Positions 20,419 through 31,455 of a stretch of DNA of 64,000 nucleotides are shown in pieces. The notes below the pieces were generated by a model. It was not told the origin of the DNA. It made no database searches and saw only the letters and a program-made list of their open reading frames with translations. The stretch covers positions 1,168 to 65,167 of the forward strand of contig DZCM01000001.1 in assembly GCA_022730295.1 (NCBI GenBank). The letters run 5' to 3'. Both the position numbers and the translations under genes were made by a program. Position 1 is the first letter of the stretch, and every line of letters begins with the position of its first letter. Source of the stretch: Rhodanobacter sp. (GTDB lineage: Bacteria; Pseudomonadota; Gammaproteobacteria; Xanthomonadales; Rhodanobacteraceae).

Positions 20419-22961
20419 CAAGCTCCTCCTTGCCGGGACACGGGTTCCATCGCGGCTGCGGGCGGCCGGAAATAGTTGCCTTGCAACAGATCCACCTCGG
20501 CCTCGCGCAAGCGTTCGGCGCGCGCCACCGTCTCGATGCGCGGGGCGATCACGCGCAAAGCATATTTGTGCGCCACCTGCACCACGTCGGCCAGCTCCGC
20601 GTCCGGCAAGTCAGGTTGCAACTTGACGAAATCGAACGGCAGCAGCTCCAGCCAACCGGCCGCCACGGCGCCGCGATCGACCCCCGCCAGCGAGATGCGC
20701 AGCCCGATCCGCTTCAGCGCCGGCACCAATTCCACCAGCGCGCGCGGATTCGCGCGGGCGGCCTCGCAACGAAATTCCAGCACCAGTGCATCCGGCGGGA
20801 TACCCGCCGCAGCCAGCTTCGCCGACAAAGCCGCGCGCCGCGCCACGTCATCCCAGCCCTGCAACGACTGGCTGGCAATCAGCGCGACCTGATCGCCGGT
20901 CTGGCGGTGCCGGGCGAGAATGCTGATGCAACGGCCCACGACCCAAACGTCCACCGCCGCGATGTTGCCCGCACGCGTGGCCGCGGGCACCAGCTCCGCC
21001 GCCAGGTATTCGCGTTCGTTGCTGCGCAGCCGCAGCAGGGCCTGATACAGGCGTTGCGCCGCGCCGCGAATCGGGATCACCGGCTGGAACGCAAGATCGA
21101 ACGATCCGGTCGCCAGCGCTGCCGCGATGCGCTCGTCCAGCGCACCCGGCGCTTCGTCGGAACCTGACTGCACCACGATCTTGCCCGGCTGATTGCGCGC
21201 ACTCGCAAGGGCACGCTCCACGGCCGCCAGCGCAATCGCTGATTCGCTGGTCGCGGCATCAAACGCGCAGACCGCGCAGTCGAGCTGCAACACCGTGGCC
21301 TGGGTGCCAAAACGCTGGTCCTCGACGGTGCGGGCAAGTTCGGTGGCCAGCGCCACCAATCCCTCCCGTTCAAGCATCGGCGCGAACACCAGAAAACCAA
21401 CCTGCCCGTAGCGTGCAGTCATGCTGCCGCCGGGCGCTCGCGCGACGATGAATTCACCGGCCTGGGTCAGCAACTGGTCGAACTGGGTCAAGTCGCCGAG
21501 CGCACGCAGATGGCCGGAAGCGCGCAGTTCCACCGCGACCAAGCCGCCGCGCGCGGCGAAACCGCCGCTGGCTGCGAGGTGTTCGGACAGTGCGTCCAGA
21601 AGTTGCGCGCGCTCATGCAAGCCGGTGGCCGCGTCGCGGCGCCGGCGGCGGCGGGTGCGGGTGGCCGCGGAACGCGCACGTCGTACCCGATTGGTCACCG
21701 CCGAAATCAGGTGTGCCGGGCGGATCGGCTTGATCAGGAAATCGTCACCGCCGGCATCGAGCGCAGCGAACTGGCGATCTTCGTCCAGTTCTCCGGACAG
21801 GAATACGATCGGCGTATTGACGTAACCCTCGCGCTCGCGGATCAGCGCTGTGAGCTCGAAACCGTCGCAGTCGGGCATGTTGAGGTCCAGCAGCAACAGG
21901 TCGGGCTGAAAGCGGTCCAACTCTTCGAGCACCGGCAAGGATTCACTGAGCACCCGCGTTTCCATGCCGGCGCGCTTCAGGATGGCCTGCGCGAACAACG
22001 ACTGCGCAGCGTCATCGTCGACGATCAGCACGCGGTACGGGCTGTCTTGCTCCACCTCCGCCAGCTCACGCGCGGCGTTCAGCACTTCGTCCGAGGTCGC
22101 GGGCAAGGCAATGCACCGGTCGGCGCCGAGGCGCAGGGCGCGCAGGCGCAGTTCCACGTCCGGCCCGCGCAACAGCGCCAGCAGTTTCAGTTGGCTGCGG
22201 GGCTCCGCGCGCGCCGCGCGCAAGGCAATGGCAAGTACGTCGAAACGCGTATCCACATCGGCGACCAGCACCGCCAGCTCGGGCGGATCGCGCTGGATCA
22301 GTTCCAGCATGCCGTCAAGATTGTCGACCAGCGCGACATCGCAGCCTTGCTGGTCCAGGCGCAGCAGCAGTTCGTTGACCAGCGGATCATCATCGTTGAC
22401 GATGCGCACGCGTGGGCCACGCGCCGCGGCCGCCTGCGGCTGCGCGGCAGCCGCCTCGTTGGCGGCTTCCGGTGCCGGCGCCACGGCCTCCGGGTCGGGG
22501 CCGGAATCGACGACGCCAAGGACCGCCGCGTAGCCGGCCGGGGGCATCTCGCAAAGCGGAAACGGCCCGCGTGCGGCGAGCGCCGCGCCATCATCGTGCA
22601 GCCACGCCGATGGCGTGGAGACCGGCGCGAGGTGTTGCAGGTGCGGCCGGAGGGTATCCAGAAGTGCGTCGATTTCAGCCGTCACCGCAGGATCGGGCAG
22701 CTGCCCGGATTGCACGGTGGGGGCCAACGCGGTTTCCAGCGCCAGCAGCCGCTCACCGGTTTCCAGCATGCCATAACGCCCGCAGGTGCCGGCCAGCAAA
22801 GCCACCTCGTCATGCAGCGAGCGCATCACGTTGCAGTCCCAGCCGGTGCGACATTGCGCGCGTGCGCGCCGCAGCAGCGTTTTCAGCCGCCGTGGCAGGT
22901 GCTGACGGAACGCCGTCTGCAGCTCGGCATCCGGGTTCGGCTGGGACATCTGCGACGCCAT
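20418..22961 (-). CDS. Multidomain response regulator: N-terminal helical domain, pseudo-REC, REC, degenerate GGDEF, degenerate EAL
   Basis: REC motifs VLIVDDD...LLLLDLNMPDCDG...IKP. The GGDEF position reads YGQVGF and the EAL position reads YQALLR. The DDFG-equivalent reads AGVD. Confidence 0.8.
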   Translation of the reverse strand: MASQMSQPNPDAELQTAFRQHLPRRLKTLLRRARAQCRTGWDCNVMRSLHDEVALLAGTCGRYGMLETGERLLALETALAPTVQSGQLPDPAVTAEIDALLDTLRPHLQHLAPVSTPSAWLHDDGAALAARGPFPLCEMPPAGYAAVLGVVDSGPDPEAVAPAPEAANEAAAAQPQAAAARGPRVRIVNDDDPLVNELLLRLDQQGCDVALVDNLDGMLELIQRDPPELAVLVADVDTRFDVLAIALRAARAEPRSQLKLLALLRGPDVELRLRALRLGADRCIALPATSDEVLNAARELAEVEQDSPYRVLIVDDDAAQSLFAQAILKRAGMETRVLSESLPVLEELDRFQPDLLLLDLNMPDCDGFELTALIREREGYVNTPIVFLSGELDEDRQFAALDAGGDDFLIKPIRPAHLISAVTNRVRRARSAATRTRRRRRRDAATGLHERAQLLDALSEHLAASGGFAARGGLVAVELRASGHLRALGDLTQFDQLLTQAGEFIVARAPGGSMTARYGQVGFLVFAPMLEREGLVALATELARTVEDQRFGTQATVLQLDCAVCAFDAATSESAIALAAVERALASARNQPGKIVVQSGSDEAPGALDERIAAALATGSFDLAFQPVIPIRGAAQRLYQALLRLRSNEREYLAAELVPAATRAGNIAAVDVWVVGRCISILARHRQTGDQVALIASQSLQGWDDVARRAALSAKLAAAGIPPDALVLEFRCEAARANPRALVELVPALKRIGLRISLAGVDRGAVAAGWLELLPFDFVKLQPDLPDAELADVVQVAHKYALRVIAPRIETVARAERLREAEVDLLQGNYFRPPAAAMEPVSRQGGA

Positions 22962-23039
22962 GTAGTGACTCCCTGCGTCGGCGCACTATACCAAGCCGGC
23001 TAGCCGTGCGGGGGGAAGGCTCCTTACGGCGCCACCAGG

Positions 23040-23462
23040 TCAAAACGGCTTGACCACGGCCAGGATCACGCTGGCCAACAACAGCACGCTCGGGATTTCG
23101 TTGAACCAGCGCAACGCGTGCGGCGTCCAGCCGCAGCGGTCTTGCCGAAAGTCAGCCACCAGCTTCACCAGCACGCCGTGGTAGATCACCAGCAGCAGCA
23201 CCAGCACCAATTTGACGTGCAACCAGCCCGCGCGCAGGTAGAACGGTTCGGCGGCGAGGGTGGCGATGCCGAACGCAATGGCGAACGCACCGCCGATGTG
23301 GGTCATCACCAGCAAGCGGCGTTCCATGATCTTGAAGCGATCGCGCAACGGCGCCTCGCTGGCCTCGGCGTGGTACACGAACAGGCGTGGCAGGTAGAAC
23401 AATCCCGCGAACCACATGACTACACCAATGATGTGGAAGGCCTTCAACCACAGTGTCAGCAT
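23040..23462 (-). CDS. hemJ: Protoporphyrinogen IX oxidase HemJ (UPF0093 family)
   Basis: 140 aa from ATG 23462. MLTLWLKAFHIIGVVMWFAGLFYLPRLFVYH is the family signature. Confidence 0.8.
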   Translation of the reverse strand: MLTLWLKAFHIIGVVMWFAGLFYLPRLFVYHAEASEAPLRDRFKIMERRLLVMTHIGGAFAIAFGIATLAAEPFYLRAGWLHVKLVLVLLLVIYHGVLVKLVADFRQDRCGWTPHALRWFNEIPSVLLLASVILAVVKPF

Positions 23463-23596
23463 CTTGCAACTCCAGCGAGCAACGGATCGACCACGCCGCC
23501 ACCGGCATGGGCCACTCGGCCGCCCAGCGCCGGCCGCCCCCCAATGTCCGCGTCGTCTTGCATGAACCACTAGTATGCATGGCTCGGAGGTGGCGC

Positions 23597-23935
23597 ATGC
23601 AGGTCATCGATTGGGACGACTTTGCCAAGGTCGAACTGCGGGTCGGCCGCGTTGTCGACGCGCAGGTATTTGCCGCGGCGCGCAAGCCAGCCTATGTGTT
23701 GCAGGTCGATTTCGGCGCCGGGATCGGCGTGCTCAAATCCAGCGCGCAGATCACCGGGCTGTATCAACCTGAAGAGTTGCTGGGCAAGCTGGTGGTCGGT
23801 GTGGTCAACTTCCCAAAGAAGCAGATCGGGCCGTTGATGTCGGAATGCCTTGTCACCGGCTTCCACGACGCCGACGGCAACGTTGCCCTGTGCGTCCCGG
23901 ACCGCGCGGTGCCGCCAGGCACGAAACTGATGTAA
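23597..23935 (+). CDS. tRNA-binding domain protein (CsaA/YgjH-like)
   Basis: 112 aa from ATG 23597. FAKVELRVGRVVDAQVF...ARKPAYVLQVDFG OB-fold motif. Confidence 0.8.
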   Translation: MQVIDWDDFAKVELRVGRVVDAQVFAAARKPAYVLQVDFGAGIGVLKSSAQITGLYQPEELLGKLVVGVVNFPKKQIGPLMSECLVTGFHDADGNVALCVPDRAVPPGTKLM

Positions 23936-23960
23936 GGTTCGCACTGTTATTGGTCATATT

Positions 23961-23977
23961 TGCACTATTATTGTGCA
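23961..23977. promoter_or_regulatory. NtrC upstream activator site (TGCAC-N7-GTGCA)
   Basis: Perfect dyad TGCACTATTATTGTGCA about 50 bp upstream of the sigma-54 promoter. A weaker gcactgttattggtca element lies at 23941-23956. Confidence 0.7.
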
Positions 23978-24026
23978 TGTGATTTTCGTGATACGCCTAA
24001 ATCATTGATCCGCCGATGCCTGAGTT

Positions 24027-24042
24027 TGGCACGCCCCGTGCA
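24027..24042 (+). promoter_or_regulatory. Sigma-54 (-24/-12) promoter of glnA
   Basis: TGGCACgccccGTGCA matches TGGCAC-N5-TTGCA with correct GG/GC spacing, about 40 nt upstream of the glnA ATG. Confidence 0.75.
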
Positions 24043-24081
24043 ATTCATTGGCCACCCTTTTCCCGTTCCGGAACTCGCCTC

Positions 24082-25491
24082 ATGACCCCCGAAAGCATCC
24101 TCGCAACCCTCAAGACCGACAGCGTCGAATTCGTGGACTTGCGCTTTACCGACATGCGCGGCGTGCAGCACCACGTCACCTTTCCAGCACACGCGATCGA
24201 TGCCGACACCTTCGAAGACGGCAAGATGTTCGACGGCTCCTCGATCTCGGGCTGGAAGGGCATCAACGAATCGGACATGGTGTTGATGCCCGATCCCGCC
24301 ACCGCGTTCATCGATCCGTTTGCCGCGCACAAGCAGATGGATATCGTTTGTGACGTGCTGGAACCCTCAACCATGCAGGCCTACGGCCGTGATCCGCGTT
24401 CGATCGCACGGCGTGCCGAAGCGTTCCTGAAATCCTCGGGTGTGGCCGACACCGCGTTTTTCGGACCGGAGCCCGAGTTCTTCATCTTCGACTCGGTGCG
24501 CTGGCAAAACGACATGGGCCGGGTGTTCTACGAAATCGGTTCGGAAGAAGCAGCTTGGGCGTCGCGCTACAAGTACGAGGAAGGCAACCACGGCCATCGC
24601 CCGGGCGTGAAAGGCGGCTACTTCCCGGTGCCGCCGGTCGATTCACTGCACGACCTGCGCGGCGAAATGTGCCAGGTGCTCGAATCGCTCGGCCAGGTGG
24701 TCGAGTTGCACCACCATGAAGTCGCCAACGCCGGTCAATGCGAAATCGGGGTGAGGTTCAACACCCTGCTTTCCAAGGCCGATGACCTGCAGACCATGAA
24801 GTACGTGATCCGCAACGTTGCCCACGCCAACGCCAAGACGGTCACCTTCATGCCCAAACCCATGGTGGGCGACAACGGCTCGGGCATGCATTGCCACCAG
24901 TCGCTTGCGAAAGACGGCAAGAACCTGTTTGCCGGCGAGCTCTACGGCGGACTGTCGCAACTCGCGCTGCATTACATCGGCGGCATCTTCAAGCACGCGC
25001 GTGCGATCAACGCGTTCGCCAACTCCACCACCAACTCCTACAAGCGTTTGGTGCCGGGCTTCGAAGCGCCGGTGATGCTGGCTTATTCCGCGCGCAACCG
25101 TTCGGCCTCGTGCCGCATTCCGTATGTGTCGAACCCGAAGGGCCGCCGCATCGAGGTGCGCTTCCCCGATCCGATGAACTCGGGTTACCTCACCTTCACC
25201 GCCCTGATGATGGCCGGGCTCGACGGCATCTTGAACAAGATCGACCCGGGCGCACCGATGGACAAGGATCTCTACGACCTGCCGCCGGAAGAAGAACGCA
25301 ACATCCCGCAGGTGTGCGCCTCGCTCGACGGTGCGCTGGAAGCGCTGGACAAGGATCGCGGTTTCCTTACAGCCGGTGGCGTGATGAGCGACGACTTCAT
25401 CGACGCCTACATCGCGCTGAAGATGAAAGAAGTCACCGCCTATCGCGCCTCCACGCATCCGCTGGAGTACCAGATGTATTACAGCATCTGA
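24082..25491 (+). CDS. glnA: Glutamine synthetase type I
   Basis: 469 aa from ATG 24082. Strong GS-I similarity throughout, including the adenylylation-site context [11 protein letters not shown]. Confidence 0.95.
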   Translation: MTPESILATLKTDSVEFVDLRFTDMRGVQHHVTFPAHAIDADTFEDGKMFDGSSISGWKGINESDMVLMPDPATAFIDPFAAHKQMDIVCDVLEPSTMQAYGRDPRSIARRAEAFLKSSGVADTAFFGPEPEFFIFDSVRWQNDMGRVFYEIGSEEAAWASRYKYEEGNHGHRPGVKGGYFPVPPVDSLHDLRGEMCQVLESLGQVVELHHHEVANAGQCEIGVRFNTLLSKADDLQTMKYVIRNVAHANAKTVTFMPKPMVGDNGSGMHCHQSLAKDGKNLFAGELYGGLSQLALHYIGGIFKHARAINAFANSTTNSYKRLVPGFEAPVMLAYSARNRSASCRIPYVSNPKGRRIEVRFPDPMNSGYLTFTALMMAGLDGILNKIDPGAPMDKDLYDLPPEEERNIPQVCASLDGALEALDKDRGFLTAGGVMSDDFIDAYIALKMKEVTAYRASTHPLEYQMYYSI

Positions 25492-25534
25492 GCACGTAGA
25501 GTCCTCCGGAGTCCGGACGACCCCAAAAGCCTCG

Positions 25535-25561
25535 TTGAGGCCTTGATTCTCAAGGCCTCAA
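25535..25561 (+). terminator. Perfect 12-bp stem hairpin downstream of glnA (no U-tract)
   Basis: ttgaggccttga-ttc-tcaaggcctcaa, 44 nt after the glnA stop. Confidence 0.5.
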
Positions 25562-25786
25562 CCACACTGGCTCTCCGCGACTCGACATCACGTTACCTCG
25601 ACTCTCGCCCCGGCGTTTCGCGCCACGCAGTTTAGGTCGGAACTGATTGCACCGCGGTCGTCGCGTGAGCGGCTCAGCGCGTGCACTCCAAAGTTTGCGC
25701 TCTCGTCTTGATTAGCTATCCTGGCACCGATCAGTTTGTCGGGGCACGCGGTGGTAGGTACAACTGAACCACACATCCGACGCTGG

Positions 25787-27760
25787 ATGTACGCAGCGTC
25801 GTTCAACGAATTTTGCGTGTCCAACCCGGATGCGATTGCGGGGGAGCTCGCGCGCTGTTCGCGCGGCACGGTCGACCCCACCCAGCTTGCAGCTTGGCTG
25901 CAGCAAACCCGTCTGTTGCAGGCGCTGACGCTGCCTTCGGAGCTTGCTGCAGATGCTCGCATTTACTTCGAATACGAAATTCCGCGCCTTGGCCGTCGTG
26001 CCGACGTGATCCTGCTCGTCGGTCACGTGTTGTGCGTATTGGAGTTCAAGGTCGGCGCGCGTGCCTTTGCCGACGATGCGCTCGATCAGGTGTGGGATTA
26101 CGCCCTCGACCTCAAGCACTTCCACGAGGCAAGCCACGCTGTGGCTATTGTCCCCGTCATGGTCGCAACCGCTGCGCCTGTGCAATCCATCGACCTGCAG
26201 CAGACGATCCACGATGACAAGTTGGCGCGTCCGGTGCGGTGCAATGGCATGCAAATATGCGAAGCAGTGATGCAGGCGCTCGCGTTTTTCAATGCGCCTC
26301 CCATTGATGCCGATGTGTGGGAGCGCGGTCGCTACCTGCCGACACCGACGATCGTGGAAGCCGCGCGTGCATTGTATGCAGGACACCACGTTAGCGAGAT
26401 CTCGCGTAACGATGCCGGAGCGCGCAACCTCGCCGTCACCTCGCAAACCGTTGAGCGCATCATCGCAAATGCGAGGACGCGGCAACGCAAGGCTATCTGC
26501 TTCGTTACGGGCGTGCCAGGTGCGGGCAAAACCTTGGTCGGGCTGGACGTGGCCAACAGGCACCTCGATAGCGACAGCCAGACCTACAGCGTATTCCTTT
26601 CGGGCAACGGGCCGCTGGTCGCCGTGATGCGGGAGGCCCTGACCCGCGACAAGGTTGCGCAAGAGCGGCAGGCCGGTCGCAAGCTCACCAAGGGCGAAGC
26701 CCGCCAGGGCGTCGAAGCTTTCATCCAGAATGTGCACCATTTCCGCGACGATTGCCTGGCCGATCCCGCCGCGCCACCCGAACACGTCGTCCTGTTCGAC
26801 GAGGCACAGCGTGCGTGGGACCGTGCGCAAACCAATGACTTCATGCGCCGTAAGCGGCATCTCGCAGGCTTTGACCAGACCGAACCCGAGTTCTTGATCG
26901 CCTGCCTCGATCGCCACCCTGATTGGGCTGTCGTGGTGTGCCTCGTGGGAGGCGGTCAGGAAATCAACCGTGGCGAAGCGGGCATCGGTGCGTGGCTGGA
27001 CGCGGTGCTGCGCCGATTTGACACCTGGGATGTCTATGTGTCGTCGCGACTCGATGAATCCGAATACCACTGCGAAGCCTTGCTCGCCCAGGTACAACAA
27101 CGCGCGCATACGCACACGGATACGGAGCTGCATCTTGGAACTTCGATGCGCTCTTTTCGCGCGGAATCACTGAGTCGGTTCGTGCGTGAATTGCTCGATC
27201 TTGAAGTCGATGCAGCGCGCGCGACCCTGAACGGGCTCGAGGGACGCTATCCGATCAGGCTGACGCGGCGACTTGATCGTGCCAAGCAGTGGTTGCGCGA
27301 ACATGCGCGTGGCAGCGAGCGCTACGGCATGGTCGTGTCTGCGCATGCTGAACGCCTGAAGCCATTGGCGATCGACGTGCGCGTGGCCAGCAATCCCGTG
27401 AAATGGTTTCTGGATGGCAAGAATGACGTGCGCTCGTCTTACTACCTTGAGGAAGTTGCCACCGAATTCGACGTGCAGGGCCTGGAACTGGATTGGTCCT
27501 GCGTCGTGTGGGATGGCGACCTGCGCTACGCCGATGGCGAATGGTCGCACCACGAATTTCGCGGCACGCGCTGGAACAGCGTCCGGCAAGAATGGCGCAA
27601 GCGCTATCTTGAGAACGCCTATCGCGTGCTGATGACACGTGCGCGTCAGGGCATGGTGCTCGTGGTTCCCGAAGGCGACTCGCAGGATCCGACGCGCTGC
27701 TCCGAATTCTACGACCCGACCTATGCCTACTTGCGCGACCTGGGGTTGCGTGACCTGTAG
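25787..27760 (+). CDS. DUF2075 (Schlafen-group-3-type helicase) protein with an N-terminal PD-(D/E)xK-like nuclease motif
   Basis: The family-typical N-terminus MYAASFNEFC fixes the ATG at 25787. Contains GRRADVILLVGHVLCVLEFK (D...ExK), Walker A VTGVPGAGKT, Walker B-like VVLFDEAQ, and the SF1 C-terminal YRVLMTRARQGMVLVVP. Confidence 0.75.
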   Translation: MYAASFNEFCVSNPDAIAGELARCSRGTVDPTQLAAWLQQTRLLQALTLPSELAADARIYFEYEIPRLGRRADVILLVGHVLCVLEFKVGARAFADDALDQVWDYALDLKHFHEASHAVAIVPVMVATAAPVQSIDLQQTIHDDKLARPVRCNGMQICEAVMQALAFFNAPPIDADVWERGRYLPTPTIVEAARALYAGHHVSEISRNDAGARNLAVTSQTVERIIANARTRQRKAICFVTGVPGAGKTLVGLDVANRHLDSDSQTYSVFLSGNGPLVAVMREALTRDKVAQERQAGRKLTKGEARQGVEAFIQNVHHFRDDCLADPAAPPEHVVLFDEAQRAWDRAQTNDFMRRKRHLAGFDQTEPEFLIACLDRHPDWAVVVCLVGGGQEINRGEAGIGAWLDAVLRRFDTWDVYVSSRLDESEYHCEALLAQVQQRAHTHTDTELHLGTSMRSFRAESLSRFVRELLDLEVDAARATLNGLEGRYPIRLTRRLDRAKQWLREHARGSERYGMVVSAHAERLKPLAIDVRVASNPVKWFLDGKNDVRSSYYLEEVATEFDVQGLELDWSCVVWDGDLRYADGEWSHHEFRGTRWNSVRQEWRKRYLENAYRVLMTRARQGMVLVVPEGDSQDPTRCSEFYDPTYAYLRDLGLRDL

Positions 27761-27776
27761 CGCGTAGACTGGCCTA

Positions 27777-28439
27777 ATGCGTACCGCAACCCTCCCGCTG
27801 TTCGAGGTGGCGCCTGTCGCTACTGGCGCTCGCGAAGATCTCGCGCCGGGCGCATGCGTGCTGCGCGGGTTTGCGCTGGACATCGCGACAACACTGCTTG
27901 CGGAAGTCGAACGGATTGCGGCGCGGTCGCCGTTTCGACACTTGGTGACTCCGGGCGGCAAGTCGATGTCGGTGGCGATGACCAATTGCGGCGCGGTGGG
28001 CTGGTTCAGCGATCGAAGCGGATACCGTTACACGCAACGCGATCGCGAATCCGGCGCGTCGTGGCCGAGCATGCCGGTTGTGTTCGCTGAAATCGCACGC
28101 GCCGCAGCCAGTACAGCAGGCTTCGAAGACTACGCACCGGATGTATGCCTGATCAACCGTTACGAAATCGGCACGCGTTTGACCCTGCATTGCGACCACG
28201 ACGAGCGTGACCGCCGTGCACCGATCGTGTCGGTGTCGCTGGGCTTGCCGGCCACGTTCCTGTGGGGTGGCCTGGCACGCAAGGAGCCGCAACGGCGCGT
28301 GCCGCTGACCCACGGCGACGTGGTGGTGTGGGGCGGACCGGCGCGGATGCGCTATCACGGCGTTTTGCCGGTCAAGGCCGGCGAACACCCGCTGGCCGGC
28401 GCGCGGCGCTTCAACCTGACGTTCCGCGTGGCGCGTTGA
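27777..28439 (+). CDS. alkB: Fe(II)/2-oxoglutarate-dependent DNA/RNA demethylase AlkB
   Basis: LINRYEIGTRLTLHCDHDE...APIVSVSLGLPATF...HGDVVVWGG..R..YHGV...RFNLTFR aligns with E. coli AlkB HxD...H and RxxxxxR motifs. Starts 16 bp after the upstream stop. Confidence 0.9.
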   Translation: MRTATLPLFEVAPVATGAREDLAPGACVLRGFALDIATTLLAEVERIAARSPFRHLVTPGGKSMSVAMTNCGAVGWFSDRSGYRYTQRDRESGASWPSMPVVFAEIARAAASTAGFEDYAPDVCLINRYEIGTRLTLHCDHDERDRRAPIVSVSLGLPATFLWGGLARKEPQRRVPLTHGDVVVWGGPARMRYHGVLPVKAGEHPLAGARRFNLTFRVAR

Positions 28440-28459
28440 ACTTGCTGCTTTTGGTGCAA

Positions 28460-28476
28460 CGCACTAGATTGGTGCA
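28460..28476. promoter_or_regulatory. NtrC-like dyad cGCAC-N7-GTGCa abutting the ntrB start codon
   Basis: cgcactagattggtgca has the same GCAC-N7-GTGC geometry as the glnA site. A direct repeat ttggtgcaa occurs at 28451 and 28469. Confidence 0.45.
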
Positions 28477-29492
28477 ATGATCAGCGCCGCGCCGGATCCC
28501 GGTCCGTTTGAGCTGCTCGCCACTGGCGTGGCGTGGCTGGACGCGTCGTTGACGATCGCCTGGGTCAATCCGGCCTTCCTGGAGCACACGGGACTTGGCT
28601 GGTCGCGCTTGAAGGCGCGCACGCTTGCGGCGTTGCAACCCGGTGGCGCGCACCTGCACGAGCGGGCGCGCACGGCTCAGCGTGACACCGTTGCCTCCAC
28701 GCTCACAGGCGCAACTGTGTGCGCAGCACCAGCTCGCGAAGTGCAGCTGGATTTTGCGTTTACGCCATGCGCCGGCGGCGTGCTCATCGAGGTCCATTCA
28801 GCATCAACCCAATCCGGTGCACCGAAGATTTCCGAATCGCTGCGCGGTTTCGCGCATGAAGTGCGCAACCCACTGGCGGCGATTTCAGGCGCCGCGCAGT
28901 TGCTGCAGCAGGACGCCGGCGGCGCGCGGCAGTTCGGGCTGGCGCAGTTGATCCGCGACGAAGCCACGCGGCTGGCGGCATTGACCGAACGCCTGCTCGG
29001 CGCGCGCGAGGCGATGACGACGCGCACGCTGAACGTGCATGCCTTGTTGGAGCGCGCCGCGGAAATGCTGGAAGCCGCACGCATGCCGGTCACGCTCATC
29101 CGCGATTACGACCCCAGCCTGCCGGCCTGGCACGGCGATCCCGACCGGCTGCTGCAAGCGGTGATCAACCTCACCCGCAACGCGATCGAAGCCCACGCGC
29201 AGCGGATCGTGTTGCGCAGCCGCGCCGAGGCCGGCTGGCGTGACGCGCGTGGCCAGCGGGTGCCCGCGCTGCGCATCGAAATCGAGGATGACGGCGATGG
29301 CGTGCCCGCTGCCATCGCGCAAAATCTGTTCGCACCGATGGTGTCCGGACGCGCCGACGGCAGCGGCCTCGGCCTCGCGCTGGCGCGCGCAATCGCGCGC
29401 GAGCACGGCGGCGAGTTGACCTGGTCGCCGCGTGCAACCGGCACCTGTTTCGTATTGCTGTTGCCGCGTCATCCCCGCAGCGGAGAATCCGA

Positions 29493-29496
<4 letters not shown>
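28477..29496 (+). CDS. ntrB: Nitrogen regulation sensor kinase NtrB
   Basis: N-terminal PAS-like region, H-box FAHEVRNPLAAISGAAQLL, then N/G boxes. ATGA overlap with ntrC. Confidence 0.9.
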
Positions 29497-30889
<1,393 letters not shown>

Positions 30890-30893
<4 letters not shown>

Positions 30894-31357
30894 ATACCGC
30901 GATCCAGATACGCACAGCCACCCCTGCCGACGTACCGTTCCTTGTTGCCTGCAATGCCGCCATGGCACTGGAGACCGAACACAAAGCGCTCGACCACGAG
31001 GTGTTGACGCGCGGCACGCAGGCGCTATTCGACGATCCGCGGCGCGGGTTTTATCTCGTCGCCGAAGATGCCGGCGAGCTGGCCGGCTGCTTGCTGATTA
31101 CCTACGAATGGAGCGATTGGCGCAACGGCAATTGGTGGTGGTTCCAGAGTGTCTATGTGACGCCAACGCAACGCCGGCATGGCGTGTTTCGCGCCTTGTA
31201 CGCCGGCGTCGAACGGCGGGCGCGGGAAGCTGGCGCGATCGGACTACGCTTGTACGTCGAACGCGACAATGCTCATGCGCAGCAGACCTATCGCGCGCTC
31301 GGAATGGAAGAGGAGCATTACAAGATGTTGCGGCGGCCGTTCCGATCCCTCGCATAA
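30890..31357 (+). CDS. GNAT-family N-acetyltransferase
   Basis: 155 aa. Acetyl-CoA motif QRRHGVFRALYAGVERRAREAGA. The ATG overlaps the ntrC stop (ATGA). Confidence 0.8.
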
Positions 31358-31455
31358 GAGCGTCGGGAGGCGCGACACGCGATTGCGAGAACCTGACACA
31401 ACGGCCGCGGCTTCGCCGCTCCTACAATGAAACTTCAGCACAAAGGAGCCGCATC

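Noticed and set aside
25709-25727. tggcaccgatcagtttgtc upstream of the DUF2075 gene, considered as a sigma-54 promoter.
   Set aside because: The GG-N10-GC spacing fails: TT occupies the -12 GC position. It is therefore not a credible -24/-12 promoter.
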